Positions 37,602 to 49,472 of a stretch of DNA of 64,000 nucleotides are shown one piece after another. Position numbers and translations under genes: made by a program. This stretch comes from an uncultured Gemmatimonadales bacterium (lineage in GTDB: Bacteria; Gemmatimonadota; Gemmatimonadetes; Gemmatimonadales; Gemmatimonadaceae): positions 416,001-480,000 of the forward strand of contig CAWBZV010000003.1 in NCBI GenBank assembly GCA_963793305.1. Reading direction: 5' to 3'. Under the pieces are notes generated by a model. It was not told the DNA's origin, did no database searches, and worked only from the letters and a program-made list of their open reading frames with translations. Each line of letters opens with the position of its first letter. The first letter of the stretch is position 1.

Positions 37602-38935
37602 TTGTTGATCAACTCCTGAAGGACCTGTACGGCACGCGGATCGTGGGACTGCCCGAGCCAGAACACCGCCTTCTTGCGCATCTCGGGATCCTTGTCGGTC
37701 TTGGCGATCGAGATCAGCTCATCGACCGCCGAGCGCTCGTGGCGTTGCGAGTACGCAAAGATCAGGGCCTCCTTGAGCTCGCGATCCTGCATCCGGCCAT
37801 AGAGGCCGGTGAGCTGGTCGAGTGACGAGCTGCCCTGGCCCAGCCAGAAGATCGCCTTCTTCCGCACCTCGACGTCCTGCGTCGTATCCGTGGCGACGCC
37901 CGCCAGCCAGTCGGCCTCGTCCCCGCTGTGACGTTGGGCGACCGAGAAGATGATCTTGTCCTTGAGATCCATGCTCTTCTCTTTGCGGAACATATTCTTG
38001 AGAAACGTCTCGTCGTCGGGATTTGAGCTCTGGCCGAGCCAGAACACGGCCTTCTCCCGCAGGTCTTCGTTCTGGGACTCGTCGCCCGCGAACTGGCGCA
38101 AGATCGGCGACCCGTGATCGTGCTGCTGCGTGAGCGCGAACAGGGCCTTCTCGCGAATCTCCTCGTCGTCCGAGTGCAGCAGCAGGCTGTCGAGCATCCC
38201 GACGGCACGGGGATCGTGGACCTGCGACAGCCAGAAGACGGCTTGCTCGCGGACCTCCTGGTCCGGGTCGGTGCGCGCGGTGGCGAGCAGGATATCGGCG
38301 CCGTCGGACTGGGCTTTTTGCGATACCAGAAAGACCGCCTTGCGACGCAGCACGACCGAGCAGGCATCCCGGCGCGCGAGCACCTGCTTCAAGATCGGCA
38401 TCGCCTTGTCGGGCTCGACCTGGAGCAAGGCGTCGAGCGCGGCGATCTGGATATTGTTGTCGTCGTCCTCGGTCGGGCACTTGGTCGACTCGGTCGTGGG
38501 CTCCTTCGAGTCCGCCTTGTACATCAGGCGCCGCTTACACGATTCATCCCCCTTCTGCACCAGCTGACGGCAGACCTGCGCGGTCAGCGCTCCGGCATCC
38601 TTGGAGAGCGACGTCGTGGACGCCGTGAGGATGCCATAGGCCTGACGCAGGTCATCGATGCTGCCCATGCGCGACCGCGAAAACGCTTCGTAGTAGGCCG
38701 CCGTCGAGGCGTATGTCGATGTCGGATACCGCGATGTGATCTCATGGAACAACGCGGCCGCGCGGGCATAGCGTTGCTCGGCCATCGCGGCGCGGGCCGC
38801 GGTGTACAGTGAGTCGGCCGGGTCGTCCGGATAGGCGCCCACCGCAATCACATTCGACTCGGCCAGCTGCAGCTGCGCGCGAGCGGGCTGCGCGGCGAGC
38901 AGGGCGAGAGAGACGGCAAGAAAGAGTTTCATCAT
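37598..38935 (-). CDS. secreted TPR + HEAT repeat protein
   Basis: Signal peptide; repeated R(E/K)KA(V/I)FWLGQ. Confidence 0.82.
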   Translation of the reverse strand: MMKLFLAVSLALLAAQPARAQLQLAESNVIAVGAYPDDPADSLYTAARAAMAEQRYARAAALFHEITSRYPTSTYASTAAYYEAFSRSRMGSIDDLRQAYGILTASTTSLSKDAGALTAQVCRQLVQKGDESCKRRLMYKADSKEPTTESTKCPTEDDDNNIQIAALDALLQVEPDKAMPILKQVLARRDACSVVLRRKAVFLVSQKAQSDGADILLATARTDPDQEVREQAVFWLSQVHDPRAVGMLDSLLLHSDDEEIREKALFALTQQHDHGSPILRQFAGDESQNEDLREKAVFWLGQSSNPDDETFLKNMFRKEKSMDLKDKIIFSVAQRHSGDEADWLAGVATDTTQDVEVRKKAIFWLGQGSSSLDQLTGLYGRMQDRELKEALIFAYSQRHERSAVDELISIAKTDKDPEMRKKAVFWLGQSHDPRAVQVLQELINK

Positions 38936-39600
38936 AGACCCACCTGGTTCTGATTCGTCGGAATCGCTGCCTTGATCCGCGGCAGCACTTGAGCGTCATC
39001 GAGCGTGTGGGCGATCGCCGCCCGATCGCTCGTCGCGGCATCCGGCGAAAGCGCGGCGATCTGCACCAGCACGAGCTCGAGGTCTTCGAGCAACTGTCGC
39101 CGATGCGGATCGGCGCCCGCGGGCGAGTCCAGCAACAGTCGCGTGTTCGACAACAGGTCGCGGGCCCACAACGCAAGGTGCGCGTCCGCTTTCGCATCGG
39201 CCTTCGCGCCCGCTGCATTGCCCGTCGCCTGGCGGTTGTTGGCGTCGAACGCCGTGAGCAGCGCCTGCACTTCCAGAAGCTGCTGCGTCGTCGCGATCGC
39301 GTAAGCCTCGGGCACAGCCGTTGGAGCTGCCGCGGGATTCGCCGCGATCGGAGTACCGGTCGGGCGCGAGATGCTCACGCGCCCGACCCCAATGCCAACC
39401 GCGAGCACGATGACGGCCGCGGCCGCGAGCGGAGCGAAGCGACGCGAGAGTTGTAGTATGCGCGGCCGACCCCGCCGCTGCCCCGCGACGATCGCCGCCC
39501 ACATGGCCTCACGCGGCACGATCATCGGCGGCTGATTGTAATCCCGCGCCAGGTCACGCAGCGCGTCGTTCCACTTTTCTTCGTTCGCGTCGTCGTTCAT
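38932..39600 (-). CDS. putative membrane anti-sigma factor
   Basis: Single TM; coupled to the upstream ECF sigma by ATGA. Confidence 0.65.
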   Translation of the reverse strand: MNDDANEEKWNDALRDLARDYNQPPMIVPREAMWAAIVAGQRRGRPRILQLSRRFAPLAAAAVIVLAVGIGVGRVSISRPTGTPIAANPAAAPTAVPEAYAIATTQQLLEVQALLTAFDANNRQATGNAAGAKADAKADAHLALWARDLLSNTRLLLDSPAGADPHRRQLLEDLELVLVQIAALSPDAATSDRAAIAHTLDDAQVLPRIKAAIPTNQNQVGL

Positions 39601-40140
39601 GCGATCCACTCCCCGGCAAAATCCGCCAACGCAGTGCGCAACTTGGCCCGCGCCCGCGACAATTGTGCTTTCGAAGTCCCCGACTCTATGCCCAGCACGA
39701 CCCCGATCTCCTCGTGCGTATACCCTTCGAACGTCGTGCATCACGAACACCGTCCGATACCCGTCCGGCAGCGCGTCAATCGCCCGCGCCAGCCGCTCCT
39801 TGAGATCCGGCTCACTCCCAACCCGTACCGCACCGAGCGTCGCCTCGTCGACCGCGGTCGTCTCCCGCTCACGGAGCCGCCTGACCGAGCGCAGCCCATT
39901 GAGGGCCACCGACACGCCAATCGAATGCAGCCACGTCGAGAACGACGACCGTCGCTTGAACGTGCCGAGCGATGCGAACGCCCGGATGAACGTGTCCTGC
40001 GTGAAATCCCGAGCGAGGTCGGCGTCACCGGCGAACCGATAGGCGAGCCGGTAGACTCGGTCGACGTGCGCGTCATACAGCGCGCGCTGCGCGGCCGGAT
40101 CTCCCGCCAACACGCGATCGATCAACGCGTCGTCGCTCAA
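39597..40140 (-). CDS. ECF RNA polymerase sigma factor (frameshift ~39730)
   Basis: DFTQDTFIRAF, FSTWLH, LPDGYR, then GYTHEEIG...SKAQLSRAR in the second frame. Confidence 0.88.
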
Positions 40141-40304
40141 GCGTCCTCTCGTGCCATGGCGACACTCTGACACGCCGATATCACAAAGGGTTGCGTGTTA
40201 CGGTCGCGCTCGCATCTTAGGCGCATGTTTTCAGGCCGTCGCGGACTCATTCTAGCGGCGCTCGCTGTCGTACCGGGCCTTCAACTTGCGCCGCAGGTGA
40301 GCCT

Positions 40305-41045
40305 ATGATGCACGCCGCGTTACTCGCGATGGTCCTGGTGTTCCAAGAGCAGCACGCCGCGATCGTCCACGCCGACACCGGGACCATCGAGGTCACCCTG
40401 CGCAACGACTCGGCCTCGGTCCGACTCTCGACGCCCGGCCGCGCCTTTCAGCTCGACCTCGACTCGCTCACGTTGGCCGCCTGGGCCGACACGGCCGCCG
40501 TACTCCGCGGACCGCGGAAGGGCGCGAAGGAGCTGGAGTATCCAGCGGCCCGACTCGCCACGTCGCTGGTCTCGATGGCCATCATTCGCTTGTCGACCGA
40601 CTCGACCTCGTCCTACGCGTTCGCGGCGACCAGTTATGGCGGGTTCGCCGGACGCGTGACGCTGCCCTACGATAGCGCGCGTCGGCTCTTCGACGTCATG
40701 CGCGCGCCGCCGCTCGCCGACTCGCAGAGCCGCGTGTTCCCGCGACGGAGGTCAATCAGCGGGCCCACCTCATGGGCGTCATCCCCTCGGCCTACGCCCG
40801 CGCCTCAGACGTGCGTCGGGGATTCAGACGCGTCGTACTCGCCGCCGATCATCTTCCAGTTCGTGGTCGATACGAGCGGACATGTCGAACAGCAGACATT
40901 CCGCGTCGTGTCGACCCCGGATCAGGCTCTCGCCGCGGCCATCGAGCAGACGCTACGCGAGTCGCCCTACCGGCCAGCCGAACGCAACGGTCACAAGGTG
41001 CAGCAACTCGTAGTGGACACGCTCTACACGGTGCAGACATACTGA
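40305..41045 (+). CDS. secreted protein with TonB-C-like C-terminus
   Basis: QFVVDTSG...YRPAERNGHKVQQLV. Confidence 0.6.
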   Translation: MMHAALLAMVLVFQEQHAAIVHADTGTIEVTLRNDSASVRLSTPGRAFQLDLDSLTLAAWADTAAVLRGPRKGAKELEYPAARLATSLVSMAIIRLSTDSTSSYAFAATSYGGFAGRVTLPYDSARRLFDVMRAPPLADSQSRVFPRRRSISGPTSWASSPRPTPAPQTCVGDSDASYSPPIIFQFVVDTSGHVEQQTFRVVSTPDQALAAAIEQTLRESPYRPAERNGHKVQQLVVDTLYTVQTY

Positions 41046-41061
41046 GGTACGTGTTCAGCCT

Positions 41062-43123
41062 TCAGTTCCCAATAGCACCCGCGGTCTGGTTGGTCTTGAG
41101 CTGTCGATCAAAGAACTCGGCCGTCGCCCGGCCCAGCGCGACCCAGCTGCCGTAGAGCAGGAGATCGTGCGTCTCGTCGGGGAATACTATCGACTCGACG
41201 TGCACATGCCGTGCGCGCAGGTCCTCGGCCAGTTGCACGGTCTGCGAGAACACGACATTCCGATCGTCGTCGCCTTGCACCAGGAGCACCGGCGAGTGCC
41301 AGTGGTCGAACGTCGGCCATGGGTGACGACGAGAACGCGATCGCCCGGGCACGCTGATCCTTCGCGATGTCCCAACCCGGCACGAGCGGCTCGTACTCGA
41401 GATTCCAGTCGTGCACGCCGGCGTAGTCGACGCCGGCCGCGAAGAGATCAGAGCTGCGCGCGAGCGCCATCGCCGTGAGATATCCGCCGTATGAGCCGCC
41501 CCATACGCCGATTTTCTTGGGATCGACGTTCGCGCGGCCGCGCAGATACAGGCCGGCGCCCTGCACGTCGTTGTACTCGCTCGCGCCCGTGGCGCCATAG
41601 TTGAGCGCCTCCCGAAACTCCATCCCGTACCCGATGCCGCTCCGATAATTCACCGAGAGCACGATGTAGCCGCGGCTCGCAAGAAACTGGTTAATGGAGT
41701 AGGCGTTGTGATAGAAGTCCATGTAGTGGAACCCGAGCAGCATTCTGCCGTCGGGAGCCACCGTGGAAGAACACGATCGCCGGATGCCGCTCGCCCGTCG
41801 CGCCGCTCGGCATGAACAGCTGCCCGTGGAGCTGCAGGCCATCGGCCGCGGGGAACGTCACCTCGGTCGGTGTCACCAGCGCACGCTCGGCTGGGAACGT
41901 CGCCGGAATCGCCGCGACATCGTGGAGCGCTGCCGTGCCACCCCAGATCGCCGGGCGCGCTGGCGTACGAGCGCCGGAGTGGAGCAGCGCGACGCCGCCC
42001 GAGACGTTCGACGGGCGACCACTCGATGCCGTCGCCATGCGTGACCGCTGTTATCGCGCCGCGAGCGGGATCGAGTCGCCACACGTGACGGCGTGGCGAA
42101 TCATCCTGGTTGCTGCTCAGCAAGATCGCCGCGCGGTCCGCGGTAAGCGTGGCGTTCTCGACCTCGAATGCACCGGGCGTGAGCAACTTCGCCTCGGCGC
42201 CGACGGCGTAGAGATGCTGCCACCCGTCCCGCTCCCAAGGGAAGACAATGGTGCCTGACGCGGTCCAGAAGAGCTGGTCGCGTGCGTCGAGCCGATGGAA
42301 CACGCTCCCCACGCCTTCAGCCGCCGTCCACACCGCGTGACCTTCGCCGGTTGTGGCGTCGGCAACCCAGATCGCCCAAGGACGCCCGGTGCGTCGAGCG
42401 CGGAAGACTTCAGTCCGCGTGACTGCTGGCAGCCGGAGAAACGCGACCGATCGGCTGTCCGGCGACCACACCGGGTCCTGATCCCGGTCGAGCCCCGGCG
42501 CCAGATATCGCAGCGTGCGCGCACGCGTGTCGTACACACCGATGAACGCGTGATCGCCCCGCACGCTCACGAACGCGAGGCGCGCTCCGTCCGGCGACCA
42601 CCGGAGGTCGCTCAACTCCCCGCGCGTGTGCAACAGCTGCGTCGCCGAATCGCTGCCGCTCATCCAGATCTGATTCTTATGGATGAACGCGACGGCCGCA
42701 GGTCCAGCCTCGGGCTCACTGCCGGCGCCGAGCTTGCGCGGCGCGCCGCCGCTCAGCGTCGCGACCCGAGATGTCTTGCTCGACGCCCGCCGGCACGAAT
42801 GTCGGATTGGGAAGCTCGCCGGCGCGATTCGGATCGCCGCCGCGCGCGTAGACGACGCCGCTGCCGTCCGACAGCCAACGGAGGCCGGTGATCTCCTGGC
42901 CATCGTCGCCGGTGTACGGCGTGATCCGTCGCGCCGTCCACGCCGGCGCCTCGGCCACCCAGACGTTTCGTGACCCGGCGCTGTCGAACACCCAAGCGAC
43001 GGCCTTGGCCGACGGCGAAGCCACGAGCTCGGTCGGGAATGGTGCACCCAGGAGGCCCTCGAGAGTCGGGGCCTGCGCGCCGAGCACGCCCGGCGCGAGC
43101 AGCAGTAGGACGAAGCGACGCAT
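41062..43123 (-). CDS. S9 family prolyl oligopeptidase (several frameshifts)
   Basis: WSPD propeller repeats; HGG, GGSYGG, QGDDDRNV and DETH spread across frames. Confidence 0.85.
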
Positions 43124-43135
43124 AGTTTCAAAATT

Positions 43136-44014
43136 ATGCTGCCCATTCTGTTCGCGCTCGCCGTCGACTCGACCCTGGCTGGCCAGGTGCACCAGCGCAT
43201 CGATCAGGTGCCGGGGGCCGTGGTCGCGGTGTACTACCGGCGGTTGTCGGATGGCGACTCGCTGGCCATCAATGCCGATACCGTGTACCACGCGGCGAGC
43301 ACGATGAAGGTCCCGGTCATGATCGAGCTCTTCCACGCGATCGACGCCGGCCGGTTGAAGCTCGATCAGCCGGTGCTCGTGACGAACCAGTTCACGAGTC
43401 TCGCCGACGGCTCGCCGTTCTCAGCCGACTCGGCCGACGACTCCGACAGCACGCTGTATCACGAGATCGGGCAGCGCGTGCCGCTCTCGCGGCTCATGGA
43501 TCTCATGATCCAAAAGTCGAGCAACCTCGCGACCAACACGGTCATCGAGCTCGTCGGCGCCAAACGCGTCGACTCGACGGCGCACGCGCTCGGCGTCACG
43601 CGCATGCGGGTTCTCCGTGGCGTCGAAGACGGGAAGGCCTTCAAGCTCGGGCTCAACAACGTGACGACCGCGCGCGATCTGGGCATTCTCATGCGAGCGA
43701 TCGCCGAGAATCGCGCGGCCTCGCCAAAGAGCTGCGAGGCCATGCGTCAAATTCTCCTGGGTCAGGAATTCGACACGGAGATTCCCGCGGGTCTCCCGCC
43801 GGGCACACGCGTCGCCCACAAGACGGGGTGGATCACCGGCGTCCTGCACGATGGCGCCATCGTGTATCCCAACGGCGGCAAGCCGTACGTGCTGGTCGTG
43901 CTCACGCGCGGCATCCCGGACGTGAAGGTCGCGCAGTCGCTGATCGCCGATATCTCGCGACTAGTGTACGCCCATGCGCTCGTAGACCACGCTGCCGCCG
44001 ACCACCGTCATTAA
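43136..44014 (+). CDS. serine hydrolase, class A beta-lactamase-like family
   Basis: ASTMK, SSN and HKTG motifs. Confidence 0.85.
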   Translation: MLPILFALAVDSTLAGQVHQRIDQVPGAVVAVYYRRLSDGDSLAINADTVYHAASTMKVPVMIELFHAIDAGRLKLDQPVLVTNQFTSLADGSPFSADSADDSDSTLYHEIGQRVPLSRLMDLMIQKSSNLATNTVIELVGAKRVDSTAHALGVTRMRVLRGVEDGKAFKLGLNNVTTARDLGILMRAIAENRAASPKSCEAMRQILLGQEFDTEIPAGLPPGTRVAHKTGWITGVLHDGAIVYPNGGKPYVLVVLTRGIPDVKVAQSLIADISRLVYAHALVDHAAADHRH

Positions 44015-45631
44015 GATTTTCGCATCGCGAATCTCGGCCGGTGGGATCTTGAACAGATCCTTGTCGATCAGCACGAAGTCGGCCAGCCTGCCGACGGAGA
44101 GCGTGCCGAGCGCCGTGTCGGCGAACATGGCGTACGCCGCGGTGCGCGTGTACGCCTGGAGTGCCTCGTCGACCGTGATTTTCTGCTCGGGAATCCACCC
44201 GTCCGGGTGCGCGTCATCGAGCGTTCGTCTCGTTACGGCGGCGTAGATCCCTTCGATGGGAGTGGGTGGCGCCACATCCCAGTCACTGCCGAACGCCAAT
44301 CGCGCATGGGTATCGAGCAGCGTCCGAAACGGATAGGTCGTCTTTGCGCGCTCGTGTCCGATGATTTTCTCCGCCCATCGCCCGTCATCGATCGCGTGAT
44401 ACGGCTGCGCGCTGGCGATCACGCCGAGCTGGCCGAATCGTGGTATGTCTTCTGGCGTGAGGTGCTGCGCGTGCTCGATGCGAAACCGGCGATCGCGCGG
44501 ACCGTTCTCTTTTTCGATGCGCTCGTATATGTCCAGCATCGAGCGATTGGCCTTGGTGCCGATGGCGTGCACCATCACCTGCAGGCCCGCTTGGTCCGCG
44601 GCTTTGGCCCAGGTGTACAGTAATTCTGGCGGCGTGACCTGCAGGCCCGTGTCCTTCGGCGCGTCGGTGAACGGCGTCAGCATCCACGCCGTGTGCGACC
44701 CGAGCGACCCGTCCGCGAACCCCTTGAGCCCGCCCCAGTGCACCCATGCGTCCCCGCGGCCGAGTGCGGCGACGGTGTCGCGGAGCTTGGCCCAGTCGCG
44801 GAGGGGGACGACCGCGTAGAAGCGCGTCTTGAGCCGCCCCGCGGCGCTCGCGCGCCGGAACGTCTCGAAGTCGTCCCACGAGTATCCCATGTTCGTGACC
44901 GCGGTGACACCGCGCTCGGCGAGATACGCCGTCGCGGTATCGAGCGCGCGGTCGTACTGCTCCGTGGTCATATCGGGCATCGCGCGGTCGATCAGCCCCA
45001 TCGCGTTGTCCTTCAAGATCCCGGTCGGCTCGCCATTCGCATCGTGCACGATCTCGCCGCCGTCGACGTGACTCGTTGGCGTGACGTGCGCGGCGGTCAG
45101 CGCGACCGTGTTCGCGAGACCCATGTGCCCGTCGACGCGCTGAATCCACACGGGGTTGTTTGGCGTCACCGAGTCGATCCACGCTCGGGTCGGAAGCTCG
45201 CCGCCCCAATGCGTGTGGTCCCACCGGCCGCCGACTATCCAGGTGCCGGCCGGCTGGTTGTGCGCATAGGCAGCGAGCTCCGATGCGAGCTGCTGGCGCG
45301 ACGTGGCGTCGTGCAGCTGCACGGACCGGAGCTGGAATCCCGCATCGATCGCGTGGACATGCGCGTCGATCAGTCCGGGCACGAGCAGCGCACCCTTCGC
45401 ATCGATCGTCCGCGTGCCGTCGCTCTTCCACTTCGCGGCCTCGGCGCTCGTCCCGACCGCCACGAGCCGGTCGCCGCGTACGGCGATGGCCTGGGCCCAT
45501 GGGCGGGCCGGGTCGCCCGTCCAGACGCGGGCGTTGACGACGATCAGCGTGGCGCGGGCGGGAGGCTGCGGGGGGTGCATGGTGGGAGTGCCGAAGGCGG
45601 CCGCGAGTATGATCGCAACAGGGTATCGCAT
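43961..45631 (-). CDS. amidohydrolase 3 (YtcJ-like)
   Basis: PGLIDAHVH, KGFADGSLG, HAIG, RIEHAQ, GSDW. Confidence 0.9.
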   Translation of the reverse strand: MRYPVAIILAAAFGTPTMHPPQPPARATLIVVNARVWTGDPARPWAQAIAVRGDRLVAVGTSAEAAKWKSDGTRTIDAKGALLVPGLIDAHVHAIDAGFQLRSVQLHDATSRQQLASELAAYAHNQPAGTWIVGGRWDHTHWGGELPTRAWIDSVTPNNPVWIQRVDGHMGLANTVALTAAHVTPTSHVDGGEIVHDANGEPTGILKDNAMGLIDRAMPDMTTEQYDRALDTATAYLAERGVTAVTNMGYSWDDFETFRRASAAGRLKTRFYAVVPLRDWAKLRDTVAALGRGDAWVHWGGLKGFADGSLGSHTAWMLTPFTDAPKDTGLQVTPPELLYTWAKAADQAGLQVMVHAIGTKANRSMLDIYERIEKENGPRDRRFRIEHAQHLTPEDIPRFGQLGVIASAQPYHAIDDGRWAEKIIGHERAKTTYPFRTLLDTHARLAFGSDWDVAPPTPIEGIYAAVTRRTLDDAHPDGWIPEQKITVDEALQAYTRTAAYAMFADTALGTLSVGRLADFVLIDKDLFKIPPAEIRDAKILMTVVGGSVVYERMGVH

Positions 45632-45688
45632 GACGGCCCAAGGTAACCACTCCGCGCTTCGGCCGCGTGGGGGTAGATTATCGGCGCC

Positions 45689-46117
45689 ATGCGCTTACGC
45701 CCCTGGGCATTTGTCGCCGTGCTCGCCATGACGGCGTGCGTCACCAAGGATGACGCCAAGAAGGCGATCGACGCCCTCTCCGAGGCCAAGGTGCCGATGC
45801 CTGACCAACTTCCGGTCATGCAGAACACGAAGGTCCCGTTTCACTACCCGGACGCGCTTGTCGCGTCGGGCGTCCGGGACAGCGTCGTGCTCCGGATTTT
45901 TATCGACTCGCTGGGCGGTGTGCGACCGGAGTCGACCCGGCTCGAGCAGAAGTCGCACTATCCGTTGCTGGATACGGCGGCGCTCAACGGCGCGAAAGAC
46001 CTGGTGTTCGCGCCGGCCCGCCGGCAGGGTCATCCGATGGCGGTGTCGATCAAGCTGCCGGTCGAGTTCAACCCGCCGCCGCCGCTGCCGACAGTGTCAA
46101 CGGTGCCCAAGCCGTGA
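45689..46117 (+). CDS. TonB-C domain lipoprotein
   Basis: Lipobox-like MTAC; YPD...FIDSLG...FAPA. Confidence 0.7.
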   Translation: MRLRPWAFVAVLAMTACVTKDDAKKAIDALSEAKVPMPDQLPVMQNTKVPFHYPDALVASGVRDSVVLRIFIDSLGGVRPESTRLEQKSHYPLLDTAALNGAKDLVFAPARRQGHPMAVSIKLPVEFNPPPPLPTVSTVPKP

Positions 46118-47518
46118 GCGAGCGCAATCGCACGCCGTACGAGTCGGTCCTCGACACGATCGGCTGGACGCCGCTGATCCGGCTCAACCGGTTGACGCGC
46201 GGGATCAAGACGCCGGTCTATGGCAAGGCCGAATTTTTCAATCCTGGCGGGTCGGTCAAGGATCGCATCGGGCTGCCGATCATCGAGCGGGCCGAGCGAG
46301 AGGGGCGGCTCCTGCCCGGCGGGACGATCGTCGAGGGCACGAGCGGCAATACCGGCGTCGGGCTCGCGATCGCCGCGGCGGTCAAGGGCTACAAGTGCAT
46401 CTTCACGATGCCCGACAAGATGTCGCAGGAGAAAGTTCGGTTGCTCAAGGCGTTCGGGGCCGAGGTCATCGTGACGCCGACGGCGGTACCGCCGGATCAT
46501 CCGGACAACTACATCGTGATGGCGAAGCGGATCGCGGCCGAGACGCCGAACGCGATGCTGGCGAATCAGTTCTATAACGACGCCAACCCGGACGCACATT
46601 TCGCGACGACCGGGCCCGAGCTGTGGGAGCAGACCGGCGGGAAGATCACCCATTTCGTCGCCTCGGCCGGCACTGGCGGGACGATCACGGGTGTCGGCCG
46701 CTATCTGAAATCAAAGAACCCGAATATCAAGATCATCTCCGGCGATCCGGCCGGGTCTATCCTGGCGAGCTCCTGGCACCAGGTGAAAGACGGAGTGAAA
46801 GAAAAGATCGAGGGCGCCCCGTACAAGGTCGAAGGCATCGGGCAGGATAAGATTCCCGGCACGCTGGACCTTGGGATAGTCGACGAGTACCACACGGTCT
46901 CCGATCGCGACAGCTTCGCCATGGCGCGCCGGCTCACGCGAGAAGAGGGACTGTTCGTTGGCGGGTCGTCGGGCCTCATCGCCCATGTCGCGGTGTCATT
47001 GGCCAGGCGCATCGATGATCCGAAGGCGCTCGTCGTGACGTTCCTGTGTGACACTGGCGAGCGCTATCTGTCCAAGCTGTACAATGACGAGTGGATGCGC
47101 GAGAACCAGATGCTGGACGCCGACCGAACGACGCTGGCGTCGTTGCTCGACAGAAAGGGTGGCGGGAAGACGCCGTCGGTGGTCAGCGTCGCGCCGGGCA
47201 CGGGCGTGCGGCAGGCACTGGGCCTCATGACGCTGCACGACGTTCTCGCAGCTCCCCGTGATGGACGGCCCGAGCAACGTCGGCTCGGTCAGCGAGTGGG
47301 CGCTCACCGGCAAGGGCCTGTCGGACCCGAAGGTGCTGGACCGGCTGGTCGGCGACGTCATGGACGGGCCGTTCCCCGAGGTCGACGTGCGCCAGAGTAC
47401 CGACTCTGTCGCCAAGCTGTTGTCCAAGTCGAGCCCGGCCGTGCTCGTGCGCGGCGCCGCGGGCATCGAGGGCATCGTCACCCGGTCTGACCTTCTTCAC
47501 TTCATGATGGCCCGCTAG
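46114..47518 (+). CDS. cystathionine beta-synthase with CBS domains (frameshift ~47243)
   Basis: NPGGSVKDR, TSGNTG, GTGGT, DTGERYLSK; CBS pair. Confidence 0.9.
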
Positions 47519-48475
47519 ATGGACATTGTGATGTTGCTCGGCGGCTCCTCGTCCGAGCGCGACGTGTCGTTGGCGTCCGGCTTCCGCGTGACCGACGCTC
47601 TCCGCGCCCGCGGCCATGTCGTGCGCGTGATCGACCCCGCCTCTCAAATGAGTGAGGCCGAGCTGCGCCAGGCGGCGAAGGTCAAGCGTGCGCCGCCGAC
47701 TTTGGAAAGCCTGGGTGCGAGCAACTTCGTTCGGCTGGCGGACCTCAAGACCGATGTCGTATTCCTCGGATTGCACGGCGGTCAGGGCGAGGATGGAACG
47801 ATCCAGGCCGTGCTCGACTCGTTCGGCCTGCCGTATACGGGTAGCGGGCACTTAGGCAGCGCGATCGCGATGGACAAGGAATTGTCAAAAATCCTGTTCC
47901 GCGCGGCGGGCGTCTCGACGGCCGACTGGGTGATGGCGCCGGCGGATCCGAGCGCGCTCGGATACCCGATTATCGTCAAACCATCGAAAGAGGGTTCGAC
48001 GGTTGGTCTCAGTATCGTGCGAGAGCGAAGCGAGCTCGATGCGGCCGTGGCCGAGGCATTGCGTTACGACCGCGAAGTGATCATCGAACGCTACATCCCG
48101 GGTCGCGAGCTCACGGTCGCGGTGCTCGGCGGCGTCGCGCTGCCGGTCGGTGAGATCTTCCCGAAGCACGAGATCTACGACTACGAATGTAAGTACACCG
48201 TTGGGATGGCCCGCGAGGAATTTCCCGCGCAGTTGCCACCGGACGTGACGGCGCACGTGCAAGACCAGGCGGTCAAGGCATTTCGCGCACTCAAGCTCAG
48301 CGGCTGCGCGAGGATCGACTTCCGGCTCGACCCGCAAAACGTGCCCTACTGTCTCGAGGCGAATACGCTGCCCGGGATGACCGGAACGAGTCTCGTGCCG
48401 CAGGCTGCCGAAGCGGCGGGCTACACGTTCGAGGAGTTGTGTGACCGCATTGCGCGTTTGGCACTCGGCAGGTGA
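47519..48475 (+). CDS. ddl: D-alanine--D-alanine ligase
   Basis: GGSSSERDVSL, LHGGQGEDG, YDYECKY, EANTLPG. Confidence 0.95.
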   Translation: MDIVMLLGGSSSERDVSLASGFRVTDALRARGHVVRVIDPASQMSEAELRQAAKVKRAPPTLESLGASNFVRLADLKTDVVFLGLHGGQGEDGTIQAVLDSFGLPYTGSGHLGSAIAMDKELSKILFRAAGVSTADWVMAPADPSALGYPIIVKPSKEGSTVGLSIVRERSELDAAVAEALRYDREVIIERYIPGRELTVAVLGGVALPVGEIFPKHEIYDYECKYTVGMAREEFPAQLPPDVTAHVQDQAVKAFRALKLSGCARIDFRLDPQNVPYCLEANTLPGMTGTSLVPQAAEAAGYTFEELCDRIARLALGR

Positions 48476-48526
48476 CGGGGCCATTGTACGATTCGTCGGC
48501 CCTCTGGGTATAATTAAAATCGCGCG

Positions 48527-49459
48527 ATGCCTTCCACCTCCCCCTCCTCCTTCTCGCTGACCGACGAGTCCAATGCCCCCCGGGTGACCCCGGCGGTTCA
48601 ATGGTTGATCGGCATCAACGTCGTGGTGTTCTTCCTGGAGCTGACGATCAGCCCCCAGGGGATCATCAACACATTGGGGTTCCGCGCGCAGTACCTGACC
48701 ACGGCGTGGTGGACGGTCGTCACGTACATGTTCGTGCACAAGGGGTTCCTGCACCTCTTGTTCAACATGGCGGTGCTGTTCTTCTTCGGCCCGCGGGTCG
48801 AACGGGCGTGGGGCGCGGCGCCGTTCGTGCGCTACTACCTGCTGTGCGGGCTCGGCGGATGGCTCGCGCACCTGATGTTGTCCAACACGACGACGCTCAT
48901 CGGCGCCTCGGCCGCCATTTACGGCGTCATGCTCGCGTACGCCGTGCGTTGGCCGGACGACGAGGTGTACGTGTTCTTCGCCGTGCCGGTCAAGATCAAA
49001 TGGCTCGTCGCGATCCTCGTCGTCTCGAGCCTCGTGCTCGGGTTGACGCAGAGTGGTGACTCGAGCGGCGTCGCGCAGTTCGCGCACCTGGGCGGGTTTG
49101 TCGCCGGCTGGCTCTATCTCCACAGCCCGTCCAGTGGGAGCATTCGCCGGCTGCGCCAGCGGGTCTCACAGGTGCCCGATGTGCCGGACGAAACTCCGCG
49201 CGCCATTCCTCGCACCGGCCCGGCTCCGCGCGCGCGCGAGCGCAATGACATCGACGAGATCGTGGCGCGAAGCAAGGCCGCGGTGGTCAAGCGCCCGCCC
49301 GCGCCGCCGCCTCAGGCGGCCCGCGCCTCGTCGCGGAAGAGCAAGATCGAGGAGCTCGACATCGTCCTCGATAAGATCAATCGGCAGGGCATGGAGAGCC
49401 TGACGGCCGACGAGCGCCAGCTGCTCGACGAGGCCTCGCGCCGCCTTCGGGACAGCTAG
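48527..49459 (+). CDS. rhomboid family intramembrane serine protease
   Basis: HLLFNM, GASAA, AHLGG; C-terminal LDKINRQG domain. Confidence 0.9.
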   Translation: MPSTSPSSFSLTDESNAPRVTPAVQWLIGINVVVFFLELTISPQGIINTLGFRAQYLTTAWWTVVTYMFVHKGFLHLLFNMAVLFFFGPRVERAWGAAPFVRYYLLCGLGGWLAHLMLSNTTTLIGASAAIYGVMLAYAVRWPDDEVYVFFAVPVKIKWLVAILVVSSLVLGLTQSGDSSGVAQFAHLGGFVAGWLYLHSPSSGSIRRLRQRVSQVPDVPDETPRAIPRTGPAPRARERNDIDEIVARSKAAVVKRPPAPPPQAARASSRKSKIEELDIVLDKINRQGMESLTADERQLLDEASRRLRDS

Positions 49460-49472
49460 AGCGCCCACCGCA

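Noticed and set aside
38932..40173. Apparent sigma/anti-sigma fusion (413 aa)
   Set aside because: Sigma region 4 is in another frame and ends at an ATGA junction at 39597-39600.
43136..44014. Bona fide resistance beta-lactamase
   Set aside because: SSN rather than SDN and an atypical omega-loop region; only the fold family is supportable.
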